This document shows positions 19,655 through 28,344 of a DNA stretch of 42,128 nt, one piece after another. A program made the position numbers and the translations under genes. Numbering within the stretch: position 1 is the stretch's first letter; the number at the start of each line of letters is the position of its first letter. The DNA is from an uncultured Gemmatimonadales bacterium (GTDB taxonomy: Bacteria; Gemmatimonadota; Gemmatimonadetes; Gemmatimonadales; Gemmatimonadaceae): positions 1 to 42,128 of the forward strand of contig CAWKMU010000005.1 in assembly GCA_963850905.1 (NCBI GenBank), read 5' to 3'. The notes under the pieces were generated by a model, which saw nothing but the letters and a program-made list of their open reading frames with translations, was not told the origin of the DNA and searched no databases.

Positions 19655-20107
19655 ATGAGCGACAGAATACGTTCCCAGTGGCTGGGCCCCGCGAGCCGGA
19701 CAGCGCACCTACTGTTAGTGAGTGTCCTGGTGCTGGTGGGTTTTGCGCCAAGTGGGAGTGCTCAGAGTGTGCATCAGTGGACCGAGATCGACTCGCGGGG
19801 AACCGCCGTCGACTGGCACACGCTTGAACGGACCGAGATCAACTCCTCGAATCCGACGTTGACAGTCTGGGCGAGGACGGTTCAAGGGGGGGACACGGTG
19901 GCTGTGCAAGTCGCCGTCCGGTGTGTGCTGCGGCATACCGCCGTCATCGAAGTGCAGCGAACCCACCCAAACGGCACGACGGAAACGCGCGGACCCATTG
20001 CGCTGTCCAGCCTCGAATGGCTGGACCCGCCGCCACTGAGCTATCTCACGAGCGTTTCGCGTTCGGTGTGCTTGCGTACGCAGCAAGAGCGCCCTCGACC
20101 CTGCTGA
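19655..20107 (+). CDS. Exported protein, possibly surface-adhesin-E-like
   Basis: SD AAGGAG, signal peptide (..GSA/QS) and a TVW...C...EW..PP.S...VC pattern recalled from that family. Confidence 0.55.
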   Translation: MSDRIRSQWLGPASRTAHLLLVSVLVLVGFAPSGSAQSVHQWTEIDSRGTAVDWHTLERTEINSSNPTLTVWARTVQGGDTVAVQVAVRCVLRHTAVIEVQRTHPNGTTETRGPIALSSLEWLDPPPLSYLTSVSRSVCLRTQQERPRPC

Positions 20108-20114
20108 TCCGGTT

Positions 20115-20537
20115 ATGGTAGCTATCATGCCCGACGGCGCACGCCGTTCTGCGGTCGACGGCCGACGACGCCTCGTGTTCTCGTTGCAGCAGGCGTACAC
20201 CGCGCATCGGTTTGACTCGTCGTCTCTTCGGGCTGCGGTTGGCGAGTTCGCTCGCAATGCACGACACCGCGGGTTGGATCTGAAATGGGCTTTGGACGCG
20301 GTGCAAGACGTAATCGACGCGAGCGTATTCCCCGCCTTGAACGACGCGCAACGGCGCGCATTCTCAGAGCCGGTGGAGTGCATGGTGGAAGACGCCTACA
20401 ACCAGTGTCACGAAGGAATCGCGCCTCGCACGTTCCTGACGCCGGCTCAGACACCAGCGGAGCCGTCAGCCTCAACAGACGGTGCTAGTGCTCGAGCGCC
20501 GCTAACACCGCGTCGGGCGTCATTGGCAGGCGTCTGA
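20115..20537 (+). CDS. Hypothetical helical protein, paralog of 2094-2480
   Basis: Internal paralogy (see findings). The tail overlaps the convergent iorB-like gene. Confidence 0.7.
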   Translation: MVAIMPDGARRSAVDGRRRLVFSLQQAYTAHRFDSSSLRAAVGEFARNARHRGLDLKWALDAVQDVIDASVFPALNDAQRRAFSEPVECMVEDAYNQCHEGIAPRTFLTPAQTPAEPSASTDGASARAPLTPRRASLAGV

Positions 20538-22515
20538 CGCGCGCACCGCAGGCATCGAAGATCGCGTTCGCGATCGCAGGGGCAACGGGTACCGCGGGCG
20601 GCTCACCCAATCCGGACAATGGTGTCGAGTCATCACCCGTAAACACGACGTCAATGGAACGAGGCGCCTCGAGGCACGTCGCGATCGGGTAGTCAGCCCA
20701 TGTCGTTCCGGTGACCTCGCCCTCTCGATGGGGTAATTCCTCGAGCAGTGCCCAGCTTGCCGCCATTTGAACCGCGCCTTCGACCTGGTTGCGAGCGCCG
20801 TTTGGATGTACCACGTGTCCAGGGTCGACCGCACACCATACGCGATGGACCTGCACCTTTCCGTCCGCCGAGACGACCACTTCGACGACTTCTGCGACGT
20901 ACGTGTTCCGATAGACCACGCACGCCACACCGATTCCACGTCCGCGCACGCCTGTCTGCCAGTCGCTGCGGTTTCGAACGGTCGTCAACACTCGCCGGAG
21001 CCGCGTGTCTGAGCTGTGCGCGAGCCGGAACGCAATTGGATCTTGCCCCGCGCGATGGGCTAGCTCGTCGATGAACGATTCGGTCGCGAAGGTGTTGGGC
21101 GATGCGCCCAGCGAACGGAGTGCACCGGTCCGAACCTTGGCAGGCACGACCTGTAGGGTGATCATGGCGCGCGGTATCTCATACGGAGGAATGCCGTTCC
21201 GACCCGCCATCATCGCGGCCATCTGCTCCGGCGACCCCCATTCGCCACCTTGCGCAACGGGGTGACTTTTGGCGGACGAGCCGCCGGGAGGTCGTTGGCC
21301 GGCTCCGTCGTAGGCGTACGGGTTGGTTCGAATCGCTGCGCACCACGCCGCGATTCGGCCGCTCGCGTCCAGCGCTGCTTCCAGATCGGCGTGCATTTCG
21401 GGGCGATGCGGAGCCGCTCGCATCTCGTCAACCCGTCTCCACTGGACATGAACGGGACGGCCGACAGCCTTGGAGAGTCGCGCCGCTTCGATCGCGGCAT
21501 CGCTCGCGCCATGCCGGCCGAATCCACCACTCATCGCCTTCGGCTTAAAGTGCACCTGCTCTGCCGAAAGGCCCGCGATATGTGCGACAATCTCACGAAG
21601 TCGAAAGGGCACTTGCGTCGTTGCATAGATCGTCGCGCCGTCTGGCCGCACGTCCGCGATGCCGACGCTGGGCCCCAGCGGCTGCGCCGCGACGTGTGGC
21701 GTGAAATAGTGTGCCTCAGCGCGCACCGGGGCTGACTGTAACGAGGCGTGGACCTCGCTGTCGTTTCGCAATGCGACGTGTATCGTCGGCGACGCGGCGG
21801 CAACAGGCGGGCTCCACACCGGCTTCAGAGCGTCCAGCGCCGCGAACGCCTGAGACTGTCGCTCGGTGACCACTCCGGTACACCCTGGTTCCTGGACGAT
21901 GGCGACCACGCCGGGCATGGCGAGCGCCGCCTCGCGGTCGATGCGCAGCAACGTCGCGCCGTAGGTCGCCGGATGGAGGACCGCCCCGTGCAACACACCC
22001 GGCAACACCATATCGCCTGCAAACTCGAGCTTCCCCGTCACGACGGACACGCCATCCGCTGGCGGCCCGTCCGGACAAGTCGGCGTCGGCGAGGTGAGCG
22101 CGATCGCCTCGGGAATCGCGCCAATGATCGGTGCATCTGCGACGAGCTCGGCGAAGCTCATGGCACGTCCATCCCCCGAGTGCCGCACCATGCCGTCGAC
22201 GATCTCGAGACATGTCACGGGCGATGCCCACCGCTGGGCCGCACGCGCCAGGAGCTCGCCGCGCGCGTACGCGGCTGCTTGGCGCAACTCACGTCCGTCC
22301 ATTTCGACTGACATGCTGCCGAACGTGCCCATATCCCATGGCGTCACATCCGTGTCACCCAGTACGACCCGGATCCGCGTATGGGCAATCCCAAGCTCCT
22401 CGGCAACGATACGTGGATAGGCGGCGCGGAGTCCTTGCCCGTACTCCATTTTGCCAGAAAGCGCTGTGACGGTCCCGTCACGCTCGAATCGCAGGCGTTC
22501 CTCTACTCGCGGCAT
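20485..22515 (-). CDS. Molybdopterin oxidoreductase large subunit (isoquinoline 1-oxidoreductase beta/xanthine dehydrogenase family)
   Basis: GKMEYGQG, GTFGSMS, GGFGR, QVEGA and GLGEP...APAIANAIFDACG.RVRRLP motifs. ATG at 22515 (MPRVEER). Confidence 0.88.
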   Translation of the reverse strand: MPRVEERLRFERDGTVTALSGKMEYGQGLRAAYPRIVAEELGIAHTRIRVVLGDTDVTPWDMGTFGSMSVEMDGRELRQAAAYARGELLARAAQRWASPVTCLEIVDGMVRHSGDGRAMSFAELVADAPIIGAIPEAIALTSPTPTCPDGPPADGVSVVTGKLEFAGDMVLPGVLHGAVLHPATYGATLLRIDREAALAMPGVVAIVQEPGCTGVVTERQSQAFAALDALKPVWSPPVAAASPTIHVALRNDSEVHASLQSAPVRAEAHYFTPHVAAQPLGPSVGIADVRPDGATIYATTQVPFRLREIVAHIAGLSAEQVHFKPKAMSGGFGRHGASDAAIEAARLSKAVGRPVHVQWRRVDEMRAAPHRPEMHADLEAALDASGRIAAWCAAIRTNPYAYDGAGQRPPGGSSAKSHPVAQGGEWGSPEQMAAMMAGRNGIPPYEIPRAMITLQVVPAKVRTGALRSLGASPNTFATESFIDELAHRAGQDPIAFRLAHSSDTRLRRVLTTVRNRSDWQTGVRGRGIGVACVVYRNTYVAEVVEVVVSADGKVQVHRVWCAVDPGHVVHPNGARNQVEGAVQMAASWALLEELPHREGEVTGTTWADYPIATCLEAPRSIDVVFTGDDSTPLSGLGEPPAVPVAPAIANAIFDACGARVRRLPMTPDAVLAALEH

Positions 22516-22995
22516 TGCGACGCTCGGTGAACGGCCCGGACAGCCCGCAGATACACGCCGCAGCGACACAGAATGCGGTGCGAGAGCACCCCGTATCTCC
22601 TCTTCGTCCGGTGTCGGGGATCGCTGCAGCAAGGCAACGGTGGCCAGAATCATCCCGCTCGTGCAGTACCCGCATTGCCAGGCGCCCTCGTCGAGAAATG
22701 CACGCTGTACGGGATGGAGCTCATCGCCCACCGCAAGGCCTTCGATAGTCAGAACCGTGTGGCCCACGACCTCCTCGACTGTCAGCCGACAGGCGGGCAC
22801 TGGTTCTCCGTCCAGAAGTATGACGCAAGCACCACACATGCCGTGGCCGCAGCCGAAACGCGCGCCAATGAGCCGGAGCTCCTCTCGCAAGACGGTGAGG
22901 AGACTCGCACTTGCGGGGCTGGCTATCGTGCACCGCCAATGGTTGATGTCGAGCAAGAGCTGCGGCAGCGGCATTGGTGGCGCGGTGGTCGGCAT
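22503..22995 (-). CDS. 2Fe-2S small subunit (IorA/CoxS-like; +1 frameshift at about 22572 as sequenced)
   Basis: GCGHGMCGAC...C and QCGYCTSG motifs. The final LCRCG motif and a TAG (22503-22505) are in the adjacent frame. Confidence 0.88.
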
Positions 22996-23029
22996 CAATG
23001 TGTGAGTTGGAGCTGCGGATCCACGCCCG

Positions 23030-24175
23030 CTAGGTCAGCGCGGCGACCGAGCGGAACCTGACCAGGGCCAGCGCGAAGAAGATCGCGCCGATCCCGGCAA
23101 CGGCCAGGTACTCGGGCCAGACAACAGCGAATCCGGCGCCCCGATAGAGAATGGCTTGAGCGAAGGACACGAAGTGCGTGGATGGCGACACCGACATAAT
23201 GTGTTGGAGGACGGGTGGCATGCTTTCCAGGGGCGTATTGCTTCCCGAAAGCATGTTCATCGGCATCGCGACCAGCATATAGAGCAACCCGAGTTGCGGC
23301 ATAGACCGGGCGAGGGTTGCGAGGAAGATACCGATCGCCGTCGCGAAGAAGAGATAGAGCGCAACGCCACCCATGAAGAGCGGCACGGATCCGGCGACTG
23401 GGATCGCGAGCAGTGTCCGCACGACCACGGCAAGGGAGAGGCCGACGGCAACCGTGATGACGAGTCCATTGGCCCAGACTTTCGCCATCGCGATCTCGAA
23501 TGGGCGCACCGGCATGACGAGCAAGTGATCCATGGTCCCGTGCTCGCGTTCTCGCACAACGGCCGCACCAGCCAGGATGATGGCGAGCATCGTGACGCTA
23601 TTGATGATGCCCATGACGCTCGTGAACCAGGCGGTGACCAGATTGGGGTTGTAGGCAACCCGAACGGCAAGCGTGACCGGGCTCATCGGGATGCCTTCCG
23701 ATCGGGAGAGAAACACGCCTTCGTTGCGACTGACGAAATTGTTGATCTCGGTCGTGAGGATCTGGTCGATGTACCCCGACCCAAGCCCCGCCTGCACCAT
23801 CGCGGTGGCGTCAATGTTCACCTGCACTGCGGGCGCATGACCGCCGAGTACATCGCGCTCGAAATGCGGCGGGATGTCCAGGATGAAAGTGTACCGGCCA
23901 ACATCCATAAGCCGGTCGACATCGGCAGCGTTCACCGGCTCCGGTATCTTGAAGTACGGTGGCAGCAGACCTGAGACCATTTGTCGCGAGAGGCCTGAAT
24001 GATCCTCATCCACCACGCCCACTGATGCGTTGTGCAGCTCCTGCGAGTTGCTTTGGGACTGCGAGTACACGGCAAGCGAGAACGAGTAGATTACGAGCGT
24101 CAGCAGCACCGCGTCGTGAAAGAAGCTCCGCAGCTCCTTGACTCCGAGCCAGAAGATGGTGGAAAGGCTGCGCAT
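23030..24175 (-). CDS. yhhJ: ABC-2 type permease, YhhJ-like
   Basis: LGVKELRS, REREHGTMDHLLVMP, LSGSNTPLESMP and QAILYRGAG motifs. Lies downstream of rbbA. Confidence 0.85.
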   Translation of the reverse strand: MRSLSTIFWLGVKELRSFFHDAVLLTLVIYSFSLAVYSQSQSNSQELHNASVGVVDEDHSGLSRQMVSGLLPPYFKIPEPVNAADVDRLMDVGRYTFILDIPPHFERDVLGGHAPAVQVNIDATAMVQAGLGSGYIDQILTTEINNFVSRNEGVFLSRSEGIPMSPVTLAVRVAYNPNLVTAWFTSVMGIINSVTMLAIILAGAAVVREREHGTMDHLLVMPVRPFEIAMAKVWANGLVITVAVGLSLAVVVRTLLAIPVAGSVPLFMGGVALYLFFATAIGIFLATLARSMPQLGLLYMLVAMPMNMLSGSNTPLESMPPVLQHIMSVSPSTHFVSFAQAILYRGAGFAVVWPEYLAVAGIGAIFFALALVRFRSVAALT

Positions 24176-24180
24176 GACCG

Positions 24181-26910
24181 TTACGCTTGCTGCTTCCGCA
24201 ACAGCAGGAAGGACAACAGCGTATAGGCCGGCACGAAGAGAGCGACGGCCATGACGTATAGGTACAGGTCGCGAAATCCGAGCGCTTTCGTGAAGGTGCC
24301 GACGCTGATACGGAGGAAATACGTCATGGGAAATGCTTTCCCCATAAACGCAGGCAGCCCTGTGAGAGATGAGACCGGAGTCATCATTCCGGAGAACTGT
24401 GTGGCCGGCAACACAGTGAGGATCGCGGTGCCGAAGAGAGCCGCAATCTGGGTTTGAGTGAAGGACGAGATCACCATCCCGTACCCCGTGGTGGCCATGA
24501 CGTACACGGTGACGCCGATCAGCAGCGTCAGCAAGCTGCCCTTAAGTGGCACCTTGAAGACGAACTCTGCCAACATCATGAGCACGGCAAAGTTGAGCAG
24601 CGAGAGCACAACATAGGGAAGCTGCTTGCCGGTGAGAAACTCGAACCGAGTCACCGGCGTCACATAGAGGTTCGTGATCGAACCGAGCTCTTTTTCACGC
24701 ACCACCGCGAGCGCCATGAGAATGGCAGGTATGAGCGCGAGCAAGAGCGCGATAGTGCCTGGCACCATCGCGTAAATGCTGTCAAAGTCTTGGTTATAGC
24801 GAAATCGCTCCTCGAGCGTTGCTGGCGGAACCACACTATCCCCACTGGTTCGCTGTTGCCAATCGGTGAGAAACTGCGCGTGCGCCGCCTGGAAATATCC
24901 GCGAATGGTCGCCGCTCGAAACGGCATCGCCCCATCGATCCACGCCCCGACTTCGGTTGGCGTGCCGCGCTCGAGATCGCGGCCGAAGTTGGGCGGGATC
25001 TCGATAGCGGCCTTGATCGCGCCTGTCGTGAGGCGACGCTCGAGATCCGCCTCGTCGGTCAGCAGGGGCTTTTCGGCGAAATACGAGGACCCCCGCAGCT
25101 CTTCGAGATACGCGACGCTCTCAGCCGAGCGGTCGTAGTCGAGGACGGCGAACGACAAGTTATTGACGTCCGTGGAAATGCCGGCTCCGAATATGGACAT
25201 CAGCAGCGCCGTGCCGAAGATCGCAAAACCGAGTCGAATCGGGTCGCGTCGAAGCTCGAGTGTCTCGCGGCGGGTATAGGCGTAGAGTCGTCTCAGACTG
25301 AACGGCGCAGGCGCTCGGCGCTGGGACGCTCGCTTCCCAAGCGCGGGCGGGCGCGGGCCCGCAGCGGGCGACGCAGGCGTCGCCCCTCCTTGCTCGAGGT
25401 AGCTAATGAACGCGGCTTCGAGCGTGTCGACCCCTTGAGCTCGCTCCAGTCCTGTCGGCGAGTCGACTGCCAACACACGGCCAGCAGCCATGAGCGCGAC
25501 GCGATCGCATCGTGCGGCCTCGTTCATAAAGTGGGTGGACACGAAGATCGTCACCCCTTGGGCGCGCGAGAGCTCGATCAGCAAGCGCCAAAACGCATCG
25601 CGCGCCAAGGGGTCGACCCCGGACGTCGGCTCGTCCAGGATGAGCATTTCTGGGCGGTGCACCACCGCCACCGCGAGTGAGAGGCGCTGTCGGATGCCGA
25701 GTGGGATGTCGGCGGCGCCCTGGTCGGCGTAGGGTCCGAGCCCAAACTGTTCGAGGAGCTCGCGTACACGGCCCGGGATGGCGGCACTCGGGAGATGGAA
25801 CAACCGGGCGTGCAGCGTGAGATTCTGGCGAACGGTGAGCTCGGTGTACAGCGAGAAGGATTGCGACATGTAGCCAACCCGTCTTCGGGCGTCCATCGCA
25901 TTCGCCGTCACGCGCGCGCCGAATAACAGAGCCTCTCCGCTTGTCGACGGCAGGAGACCGGTCAGCATTCGCATCGTCGTCGTCTTCCCGCAGCCGTTTG
26001 CACCGACGAAGCCGAAGATCTCGCCGCGCTCGATCGTGAAACTCACGTGATCGACCGCCGTGAAGTCACCGAATCGGCGAGTGAGGTCGCGGGCGACGAT
26101 CACTGGAGGTTCGGAGGTCGGCGCTCGGCTGGGCACGGTCAAAACCGTGTGGCCGGCTCGACGAGCTTCCGGCAATAACGCGATGAACGTTTCCTCGAGT
26201 GAGTCAGCGCCCGTTCGTGCCTTGAGCGACAGCGGCGCACCGGTGGCCAGGATGTGACCACCGTCGAGCGCCGCAAGCCAATCAAACTGGTCAGCCTCTT
26301 CCATATACGCGGTGGCGACAATCACGCTCATGCCGGGCTGCCGCGCACGCATGCGCGCAATGAGCTCCCAGAACTGTCGGCGTGACAGCGGATCGACGCC
26401 GGTGGTGGGTTCATCGAGGATCAGCAGTTCCGGGTCGTGGATCAGTGCGCAGCACAGTCCCAATTTCTGGCGCATCCCTCCCGACAGCTGCTTGACTGGT
26501 CGATCGGGGAAGTCTGCGAGACCAGTGCTGTCGAGCAGCTCGCGGATGCGCTCGCGCCGCGCTGCCGCTCCGTGCCCGAACAGCCGGCCGAAGAAGTCAA
26601 TGTTCTCGGTGACACTGAGATCGGCGTACAGATTCTTGCCGAGTCCTTGCGGCATGTACGCAATGCGCGGACAGGCCGCGTCCCGGTGGCGCCGATCAGC
26701 CATGTCGCCGTCCAGGACGAACACGCGACCCTCCTGGATCCGGGTTGCGCCCGCCAGGAGTCCAAGGAGGGTCGACTTGCCCACGCCGTCCGGCCCGATC
26801 AATCCTGCCATGCGGCCGGCGGGGATGGTCACCGTTACGTCATCGAGTGCGGTCGTCGCGCCGTAGCGATGGGTGATCCGCTCGAGCCGAGCGACGGTGT
26901 CGCTCGGCAT
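24181..26910 (-). CDS. rbbA: Ribosome-associated ATPase/ABC transporter with two NBDs and a permease domain
   Basis: GPDGVGKS, RIAYMPQGLGKNLY, a second NBD GANGCGKT, ELRRDPIR and REKELGSITN. TGATG overlap with the upstream gene. Confidence 0.92.
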   Translation of the reverse strand: MPSDTVARLERITHRYGATTALDDVTVTIPAGRMAGLIGPDGVGKSTLLGLLAGATRIQEGRVFVLDGDMADRRHRDAACPRIAYMPQGLGKNLYADLSVTENIDFFGRLFGHGAAARRERIRELLDSTGLADFPDRPVKQLSGGMRQKLGLCCALIHDPELLILDEPTTGVDPLSRRQFWELIARMRARQPGMSVIVATAYMEEADQFDWLAALDGGHILATGAPLSLKARTGADSLEETFIALLPEARRAGHTVLTVPSRAPTSEPPVIVARDLTRRFGDFTAVDHVSFTIERGEIFGFVGANGCGKTTTMRMLTGLLPSTSGEALLFGARVTANAMDARRRVGYMSQSFSLYTELTVRQNLTLHARLFHLPSAAIPGRVRELLEQFGLGPYADQGAADIPLGIRQRLSLAVAVVHRPEMLILDEPTSGVDPLARDAFWRLLIELSRAQGVTIFVSTHFMNEAARCDRVALMAAGRVLAVDSPTGLERAQGVDTLEAAFISYLEQGGATPASPAAGPRPPALGKRASQRRAPAPFSLRRLYAYTRRETLELRRDPIRLGFAIFGTALLMSIFGAGISTDVNNLSFAVLDYDRSAESVAYLEELRGSSYFAEKPLLTDEADLERRLTTGAIKAAIEIPPNFGRDLERGTPTEVGAWIDGAMPFRAATIRGYFQAAHAQFLTDWQQRTSGDSVVPPATLEERFRYNQDFDSIYAMVPGTIALLLALIPAILMALAVVREKELGSITNLYVTPVTRFEFLTGKQLPYVVLSLLNFAVLMMLAEFVFKVPLKGSLLTLLIGVTVYVMATTGYGMVISSFTQTQIAALFGTAILTVLPATQFSGMMTPVSSLTGLPAFMGKAFPMTYFLRISVGTFTKALGFRDLYLYVMAVALFVPAYTLLSFLLLRKQQA
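25366..25389 (-). repeat. REP-like palindrome inside rbbA
   Basis: GGGCGACGC-AG-GCGTCGCCC, identical to 28288-28307. Confidence 0.7.
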
Positions 26911-28103
26911 CAGGAAGTCGGTGCGGCCGCGACACGCCCACGGAGCGACGTCGGCCACGCGGTCGTCGCATCGACACGCACGTACCCCACGCCAGGCAGG
27001 CCAACTCGAACGCCGGCTTCATGCTCGTGCAAGTATGCCGAATCGATGCGGACTTTCACGCGAAACATGAGCTTATCGCGATCGCTCTGCGTCTCGACCG
27101 CCTTCGGCGTGAACTGCGCCTCGCTCGCGAGGTAGGACACGCGAGCGGGGATCGGGAAGTTGGGATAGGCGTCCAATACGATTCGCGAATCGGCGCCGAG
27201 CCGGATGCGGCCCGCGTCGTTCGTCGGCAGATAGATATCCATGTACACCGACGTCGCATCGAGCATCGTGAACACCTTACTCCCCGGGGCGAGCATCTCG
27301 CCAAGGTTGGCGATGCGGTATTGGATGCGACCGTCGCGGGGCGCGACGAGCGTGTTGTCTTCTATGTTCACGTCATCGAGCTCGACTACGTGAAGCGCGG
27401 CGCCGTGGGCTTGCTCCGCTTCGTGCAGCTTCGCGACTGCCGCGTTCAATGTGGCGACGTTCGCATCGTAGGTCTCTTGGCGCTGGTCGAAATCCTCCTG
27501 CGTGACGAAGTCCTTGTGCACGAGGTCCGCATACCGGTCCACCTCTTTTTTTGCGAGGGCAATTTGTGTTCGCTGCTGCGCAATGCCGGCCTGCATCTCA
27601 TCGATGGCTCGAGCTGCTTGGACGAGGGATGCAGCAGCCGCCTTTCGCTGGGCCTCGAGATCGCGCGTGTCCATGCGGGCCACGACTTGACCCGCGTGCA
27701 CGAGATCGCCCTCGTTCGCATAGAGCTCGACCAGGCGCTCATTGAACTTGGTCTGGATATCGATCTCGTCGGCCTCGAGGCGACCATTCCCGTAGACAAT
27801 ACCCGCCGGCAGTCGCGACTGTTGCCCTTGCCACCAACGCACGCCGGCGCGAATGACGAGCAGCGTCGCCAATAGCGCAGCCACCATCGGGAAGAGCTTT
27901 CGCAGCCTTCGCGGCCGGCGCGCCGGCGCCGCTTCCGAAGTCAGCTCCGGTGGTATGGCAGCGCGCTGTCCGTTCCCGCCGATCTCGGGCTGTACGGCAG
28001 GAGGCGGAGCGACGCGAAGGTCCGCGACTCGGTCGCCGACTGATCGTTCCGTCGGTGAATCCGTTGACGAAGCCCTGGGTGTGTTTGGGAGATCTATCAG
28101 CAT
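26910..28103 (-). CDS. yhiI: HlyD-family membrane fusion protein, YhiI-like
   Basis: TM anchor, GNGRLEA, APRDGRIQYR, AQFTPKAVET..DRDKLMFRVK and GLPGVGYVR motifs. Confidence 0.88.
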   Translation of the reverse strand: MLIDLPNTPRASSTDSPTERSVGDRVADLRVAPPPAVQPEIGGNGQRAAIPPELTSEAAPARRPRRLRKLFPMVAALLATLLVIRAGVRWWQGQQSRLPAGIVYGNGRLEADEIDIQTKFNERLVELYANEGDLVHAGQVVARMDTRDLEAQRKAAAASLVQAARAIDEMQAGIAQQRTQIALAKKEVDRYADLVHKDFVTQEDFDQRQETYDANVATLNAAVAKLHEAEQAHGAALHVVELDDVNIEDNTLVAPRDGRIQYRIANLGEMLAPGSKVFTMLDATSVYMDIYLPTNDAGRIRLGADSRIVLDAYPNFPIPARVSYLASEAQFTPKAVETQSDRDKLMFRVKVRIDSAYLHEHEAGVRVGLPGVGYVRVDATTAWPTSLRGRVAAAPTS

Positions 28104-28221
28104 CGGACACCCGGAAAGTCGTTGAGTGGGATCGTAGGAACTCGAAATGCTTCGTGCGGTGAAGCCTCCGGGAAGGTGCGTCCAGGCAAGGGGGGTGGGG
28201 ATCGGGCACTCCGCGCGAACG

Positions 28222-28240
28222 CGTCAGGGTTTCGCCGACA
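28222..28240. promoter_or_regulatory. Palindromic operator upstream of the yhiI-rbbA-yhhJ-iorAB operon
   Basis: CGTCAG-ggtttcg-CCGACA, about 120 bp before the start at 28103. Confidence 0.75.
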
Positions 28241-28287
28241 AGGGCATAACCCCGCCAATTCAAGGGGTTAATGAGCCCGGTAGCGGC

Positions 28288-28344
28288 GGGCGACGCAGGC
28301 GTCGCCCTACACCGCAGTGCCGGCGGGCGACGCAGGGGTCGCCG
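28288..28344 (-). repeat. Two GTAG-type REP-like palindromes at the ppsA 3' end
   Basis: Minus strand reads GTAGGGCGACGC-CT-GCGTCGCCC (28310-28288). A degenerate copy lies at 28325-28344. Confidence 0.7.

Noticed and set aside
20485..22998. Apparent novel 837-aa fusion of 2Fe-2S and molybdopterin subunits
   Set aside because: The fused frame loses the essential CRC ligands. Removing one T at about 22572 restores HLCRCG...* and an ordinary overlapping two-gene arrangement.
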